From sequence record SRR31156797_2854: a stretch of DNA of 64,000 nucleotides; one strand, written 5' to 3'. Under the pieces are notes generated by a model. That model ran no database searches and was not told where the DNA came from. It was given only the letters and a program-made list of their open reading frames with translations. The position numbers and the translations under genes are program-made. Numbering within the stretch: position 1 is the first letter of the stretch; the number at the start of each line of letters is the position of its first letter. Of the stretch, positions 59,421-64,000 are shown piece by piece.

Positions 59421-61859
59421 ATGTCTAAAAAAATCCAGGTATATATTTATCTTCTCATTTTTTTCGTAGCCATTTTTGCCATCTTTCGCTACTCAGGCAC
59501 TTTTGTTGAAGGCAGCATGGGGTCGGGTGACATCTATATCTCCCACAAAATTGACAACAACAAACTCACGGTCAAATCAGCCAATGGTTTTTATGAGGTG
59601 AATTTCCTGAACGACAACATTGCGGAAGTGGATTTTTACAATGATTCCATTTTAAAAATTGATACATCTTATGCCATAATTCTCCAGGAAGACCAACAAC
59701 AAATTTCTTTTGAGAATTCATCCCACAAGCTATCCTTTTACAGGTCAGGTTTTGAAGTCGTGGTAAACAAGGAACCACTTTCATTTTTGTTTATCAAAAA
59801 CGATGACACACTGCTCACCACTTACAATGGCTTTTTTGACCATGACACCCTGAAAGGCTTCCGGTTTAATTTGAATGAAAACGAAAAAATCTATGGAGCG
59901 GGTTTTCGCACCACACCCACCAACAGGCGGGGACAACAATTCAATCTGTATAACCGGCCACAATACGGATACAGCCTCAATGCGGCAGATTTGAATTTTT
60001 CTGTGCCGTTTGTCATTTCCTCCGAAGGTTATGGTCTTCTGTTCGATAATCACCAAAAAGGAATTTTGGACATCGACAACACCATGCAAAATGTACTGGA
60101 ATTCAGCTCCATGGGTGGAAAGATGTCCTACGTTGTTATAGCAGGCGCAAACTATGATTCGATCCTCAACAATTATGGCCGACTCACAGGCTTTCAGCCG
60201 ATGCCACCGCGTTGGGCTTTGGGGAATATTCAATCCAGGTTTGGCTATGAAACGCAGGAGGAAGCTGAGGAAGTTGTAGATAAAATGCTTAAAGCCGGTT
60301 TTCCGCTGGATGCGTTGGTCATTGACCTTTACTGGTTTGGCGAGGGTGTTCATGACAGTTTTTATATGGGCAACCTGGAGTGGTACAAAAAAAACTGGCC
60401 TACGCCGGAGGAGATGATCCAACGGTTTAAAAAGCAGGATGTGAAAACCGTGCTGATCACAGAGCCATTCATCCTCAAAGAATCGAAATATTTTGACTCG
60501 CTTAGCAAAGCAGGCATGCTGGGAAAAACTGCCAGCGACTCAACTTATGTGATTGAAGAATTCTGGTTTGGGCCCGGCGGACTTTTTGATATCTTTCAAC
60601 CAAAAATGCAGGACTGGTTTTGGGAAAAATACAAGGACCAAATCGAAATTGGCGTTGATGGCTGGTGGGGCGATCTGGGTGAACCCGAAACCCACCCATC
60701 GGAAATGTATCATGTAAATGGCAAGGCTGATGAGGTGCACAATATTTACGGCCACTACTGGCATAAAATGCTTTATGATCGCTATGCGGATGAATATCCG
60801 GAGGTGCGCCTTTTCAACCTGAACCGTTCCGGGTTTGCAGGCTCGCAGCGTTATTCCATCTATCCATGGTCGGGCGATGTTTCCAGAAGCTGGGAAGGTT
60901 TACAGGCGCAACCAACAGCCGTTTTAGGCATGACACTCAGCGGGTTTAGCTACATGCACTCCGATTTGGGTGGATTTGCCATGGGCGAAAAAGACGAGGA
61001 AATGTATGTGCGGTGGCTTCAGTATGGCACTTTTAATCCGGTGTACCGTGTGCATGGCGATTTCAGGATTCCGGTTGAGCCCTACCTGTACAGCGAAGAA
61101 GCACAGAATATTTTGCGGAGTTTTATCAAACTCCGCTATGAGTTACTCCCTTACAATTACTCCCTGGCATGGCAAAATTCAACCACAGGGGCGCCGCTCA
61201 CCCGTCCCATATTTTTGGAGGAACCGGACAATGAGGAAATCGCTAGTATGGCTGACATTTACCTTTGGGGGCCAAACCTGCTGGTAGCACCTGTTTTGAA
61301 AAAAGGCCAAAAAACAAAGCGGATTTATCTGCCAGAAGGCTCATGGTATGATTTCTTTAACCAGAAACAATATGAAGGTGGACAATGGATTGACAAGCCC
61401 GTAGAATTTGAAACCATCCCGGTTTTTGCCCGTGGCGGCAGTTTTATCCCGATGATTGAGCCGATTCAAAACACCGATGCTTACAGTTCTGAAAACCTGA
61501 TTGTTCATTTTTATCCGGATGACCAGGTTGAGAAATCCAACTTTACCATGTTTGAGGATGATGGAAAAACAAAAGGATCGATTGAGAAAAAACAATATGA
61601 ATTGTTGCATTTTAAAGCCCGTAACCTTGATGATATTATGCTGTTGGATTTCGAGCGGGACATCAAAGGGAATTATACCGGAATGCCTGAAGAGCGGGAG
61701 ATTGAGCTGGTAATTCATGGCATGGAGAAAAAGCCAGCTTCAGTGATGATTGGTGAGCATATCAAATCATCCGGGTTAAAATACAATGAATCCGATCAGG
61801 TTTTGACAATCCATTTCGATTGGAAAGGTACAACTCGATCCCTCCAGATCAAATATTAA
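59421..61859 (+). CDS. GH31 alpha-glucosidase
   Basis: PPRWALG, IDLYWFG, GWWGDLGEPE, WSGDV, HSDLGGF, YELLPYNY. Confidence 0.92.
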   Translation: MSKKIQVYIYLLIFFVAIFAIFRYSGTFVEGSMGSGDIYISHKIDNNKLTVKSANGFYEVNFLNDNIAEVDFYNDSILKIDTSYAIILQEDQQQISFENSSHKLSFYRSGFEVVVNKEPLSFLFIKNDDTLLTTYNGFFDHDTLKGFRFNLNENEKIYGAGFRTTPTNRRGQQFNLYNRPQYGYSLNAADLNFSVPFVISSEGYGLLFDNHQKGILDIDNTMQNVLEFSSMGGKMSYVVIAGANYDSILNNYGRLTGFQPMPPRWALGNIQSRFGYETQEEAEEVVDKMLKAGFPLDALVIDLYWFGEGVHDSFYMGNLEWYKKNWPTPEEMIQRFKKQDVKTVLITEPFILKESKYFDSLSKAGMLGKTASDSTYVIEEFWFGPGGLFDIFQPKMQDWFWEKYKDQIEIGVDGWWGDLGEPETHPSEMYHVNGKADEVHNIYGHYWHKMLYDRYADEYPEVRLFNLNRSGFAGSQRYSIYPWSGDVSRSWEGLQAQPTAVLGMTLSGFSYMHSDLGGFAMGEKDEEMYVRWLQYGTFNPVYRVHGDFRIPVEPYLYSEEAQNILRSFIKLRYELLPYNYSLAWQNSTTGAPLTRPIFLEEPDNEEIASMADIYLWGPNLLVAPVLKKGQKTKRIYLPEGSWYDFFNQKQYEGGQWIDKPVEFETIPVFARGGSFIPMIEPIQNTDAYSSENLIVHFYPDDQVEKSNFTMFEDDGKTKGSIEKKQYELLHFKARNLDDIMLLDFERDIKGNYTGMPEEREIELVIHGMEKKPASVMIGEHIKSSGLKYNESDQVLTIHFDWKGTTRSLQIKY

Positions 61860-61881
61860 ATTCCAAAAATCGTTTTATTAC

Positions 61882-61906
61882 CGTACATTTTTATTATTTT
61901 TGTACG
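61882..61906 (+). promoter_or_regulatory. TA promoter with overlapping inverted-repeat operator
   Basis: CGTACA-13nt-TGTACG overlapping TATTTTTG (61895-61902). Confidence 0.55.
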
Positions 61907-61921
61907 TAAACAATTTTGAAC

Positions 61922-62167
61922 ATGAATACCAAGCTAACACTAAGTTTAAATAACCAAACCATCGAAAAGGCCAAGGATTATGCCCGGTTGAATAATATCA
62001 GCCTGTCGAAAATGATAGAATCATACCTTGAAAGCCTTACCAATCAGCATAATAAAAAACAGCCAGTTACACCCCTTGTGGAAAGTTTGAGTGGAATTAT
62101 CGATTTACCTGCCGATTATGATTACAAAAAGGAGTATGGAAATTTTTTAACTGAAAAGTATCAATGA
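61922..62167 (+). CDS. DUF6364-family (ribbon-helix-helix-like) antitoxin
   Basis: MNTKLTLSL...IEKAKDYA...SLSKMIE...TPLVESLSG. Confidence 0.85.
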   Translation: MNTKLTLSLNNQTIEKAKDYARLNNISLSKMIESYLESLTNQHNKKQPVTPLVESLSGIIDLPADYDYKKEYGNFLTEKYQ

Positions 62168-62589
62168 GAAAGTTATTTCTGGATACCAATATTATCATCG
62201 ACCTATTGGCAAAAAGAAATCCTTTTTACCAGGATGCTGCCACCATCTTTTCTTGTGCAGACAGCCACAAATGCACGATTTATACTTCGGCATTATCAAT
62301 CACTACAACACATTATATCTTGTCGCAGCGCCTGAAACGGGAAACTGTAAAATCTGCCCTGCGAAATTTGAAATTGTTGTTGAACATCATTTCGCTGGAT
62401 GATAAAATTCTTGAACTTGCACTGAATGACAATACATTTGGTGATTTTGAGGACGGAATTCAATATTATTCAGCACTCGAAAACAACATGGATTTGATCG
62501 TAACAAGAAATCTCAGGGATTATAAAAATTCAAAAATTCCTGCGATGACGGCCAATCAGTTTTTGAATTCACCTCCGTTTGATTCATAG
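62164..62589 (+). CDS. PIN-domain (VapC-like) toxin
   Basis: LFLDTNIIIDLL, DFEDGIQYYSA, IVTRNLRDY; ATGA overlap with the antitoxin gene. Confidence 0.9.
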   Translation: MRKLFLDTNIIIDLLAKRNPFYQDAATIFSCADSHKCTIYTSALSITTTHYILSQRLKRETVKSALRNLKLLLNIISLDDKILELALNDNTFGDFEDGIQYYSALENNMDLIVTRNLRDYKNSKIPAMTANQFLNSPPFDS

Positions 62590-62607
62590 AAATAAAAACA
62601 AAACAAA

Positions 62608-64000
62608 ATGAATACCATCAAATACATCAAAAAGCACTGGCATTTACTATACGAAAATGTACACAACCCCCAACTGGAAGAGTTCCTGGCCTATCTCGAA
62701 GATTTCAAAAAAAGCCGTATCATCAAACCACAGGAACCTGAATGGTACAAAGACGCCATTGTTTATTCGCTCTATGTTGATCTGTTTAACAAGGATTTTC
62801 AGGGCCTGACGGAAAAACTGGACTATATCCAAAACCTGGGCGTAAATTGCCTGTGGTTATTACCTATTCTGGATTCACCCATGCGTGATGCCGGTTTCGA
62901 TATCAGGCAATACACCAAAGTGAGGGATGAACTGTTGGGCCTTCCTTCAGATGCATCAGACAACGAAAAGCGGTTTGTTTTCAGGCAGTTTCTGGATGAG
63001 GCGCATAAACGTGGTTTGCGGGTAATTTTCGACATTGCCATGAACCATACCTCCGACCAGCACCCCTGGTTTGTGGAATCCCGCAAGGGGCCGGAAAACC
63101 CTTATCGCGATTTTTATATCTGGAACAAAGACACAAACCGTTATGCTGACACACGACTTTTATTCAAAGGCATGGAAGACAGCAACTGGGAACCCGATGG
63201 CAACTGGTTTTATTTCCACCGCTTTTTTGGCTTCCAGCCCGATTTGAATTACAGCAACCCGAAAGTACTCACAGAAATGTCGAAAAACCTGTTGTTCTGG
63301 CTGGGAGAAGGTGTAGATGGTTTCCGTGCCGATGCCATACCTTACCTGTGGAAAGAAGAAGGCAGCGATTGCGAAAATCTACCGAAAACACACACCATCG
63401 TAAAATTCTTCAGGGCTGTTTTGGATTATGTTAGACCTAACACATTGATGCTTGCCGAGGCCTGTCAGAAACCTGTTGAGGTGGTGAAATATTTTGGGAA
63501 TGGCGACGAATGCCATGCCGGATATCACTTCCCGCTAATGCCGCAAATGTTTAAAGCCATTGCCATGGAAAGTAACGAACCCATACGCAAAACGCTTAGC
63601 AAAGAAGTAACTCCGGAAATCCCGGACACTGCCCAATGGTTCACATTTCTGCGTTGTCATGATGAGCTAAGTCTTGAACTGGTTTATGTTTCGGAGGAAG
63701 ACAGGGCATATATACATGAGAATTATTGTCATAAACCGGAATGGGATTTCCGGGTTGGCGAAGGTGTGTCTGCAAGGCTTTCAGAGCTGATGCAACGTAA
63801 TCCGGATAAAATTTCACTGGCTTACTCCATCATGCTCACACTTCCCGGTACACCAATTATCTATTACGGTGATGAATTTGGAAAGCTGAATGATGAAGAT
63901 TATTATCTTGAAAAAATCAAAGAGACTGGCAAGGATGATACCCGATTTTTGGTGCGTGGTAAAATTGACTGGGAGCAATTAGAAATGGAATTAAAAAATA
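62608..64000 (+). CDS. GH13 trehalose synthase-like protein (runs off the window; absent from the ORF track)
   Basis: ATG 62608; WYKDAIVY, LWLLP, MNHTSDQHPWF, FHRFFGFQPDLNY, GFRADAIPYLWK..CENLP.TH, LAEACQ, FLRCHDELSLE, YYGDE. Confidence 0.88.
   Translation, partial: MNTIKYIKKHWHLLYENVHNPQLEEFLAYLEDFKKSRIIKPQEPEWYKDAIVYSLYVDLFNKDFQGLTEKLDYIQNLGVNCLWLLPILDSPMRDAGFDIRQYTKVRDELLGLPSDASDNEKRFVFRQFLDEAHKRGLRVIFDIAMNHTSDQHPWFVESRKGPENPYRDFYIWNKDTNRYADTRLLFKGMEDSNWEPDGNWFYFHRFFGFQPDLNYSNPKVLTEMSKNLLFWLGEGVDGFRADAIPYLWKEEGSDCENLPKTHTIVKFFRAVLDYVRPNTLMLAEACQKPVEVVKYFGNGDECHAGYHFPLMPQMFKAIAMESNEPIRKTLSKEVTPEIPDTAQWFTFLRCHDELSLELVYVSEEDRAYIHENYCHKPEWDFRVGEGVSARLSELMQRNPDKISLAYSIMLTLPGTPIIYYGDEFGKLNDEDYYLEKIKETGKDDTRFLVRGKIDWEQLEMELKN

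Noticed and set aside
1-64000. Numerous short antisense or alternate-frame ORFs inside long genes (e.g. 7975-8514, 23536-24081, 46487-47074, 59781-60422)
   Set aside because: Shadow ORFs of well-supported genes with no independent motifs

Overview
Bacteroidota (Bacteroidales-like) chromosomal window. The assignment rests on TAnnTTTG -7 promoter boxes, type IX secretion (T9SS) C-terminal domains and guaB-PPIase-surA-moxR synteny. 0-34 kb is an accessory, regulation-rich stretch. It holds an AT-rich 3-gene block, a GH29 fucosidase, several T9SS or lipoprotein cargo genes, two LytS kinases and two LytTR regulators, a beta-propeller/HisKA_3 kinase with a NarL-type regulator, a degenerate hybrid kinase, a PLP decarboxylase, asparaginase, MscS and an LruC-domain lipoprotein. 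34.6-47.1 kb is housekeeping: glyA, a MacAB-TolC-like exporter, moxR, three PPIase-type genes and guaB. 47.6-52.2 kb is an unknown four-gene operon of secreted LPP20/FlgT-N-like proteins. 52.5-64 kb is an alpha-glucan cluster (GH13, MFS, GH31, TreS-like) interrupted by a CotH protein, two PIN toxin-antitoxin pairs and a small kinase-like gene. No rRNA, tRNA, CRISPR array, transposase or integrase was seen. Best candidates for new biology: (1) a four-helix-bundle (IVP/Avd-like) gene embedded in 8-mer arrays, with a complementary downstream tract and a truncated second homolog; (2) the LPP20/FlgT-N-like operon; (3) a regulator box written into the last codons of a kinase gene; (4) a candidate sigma54-type sRNA; (5) a pseudo-hybrid kinase. 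All product calls come from motif recognition by eye, not database searches.
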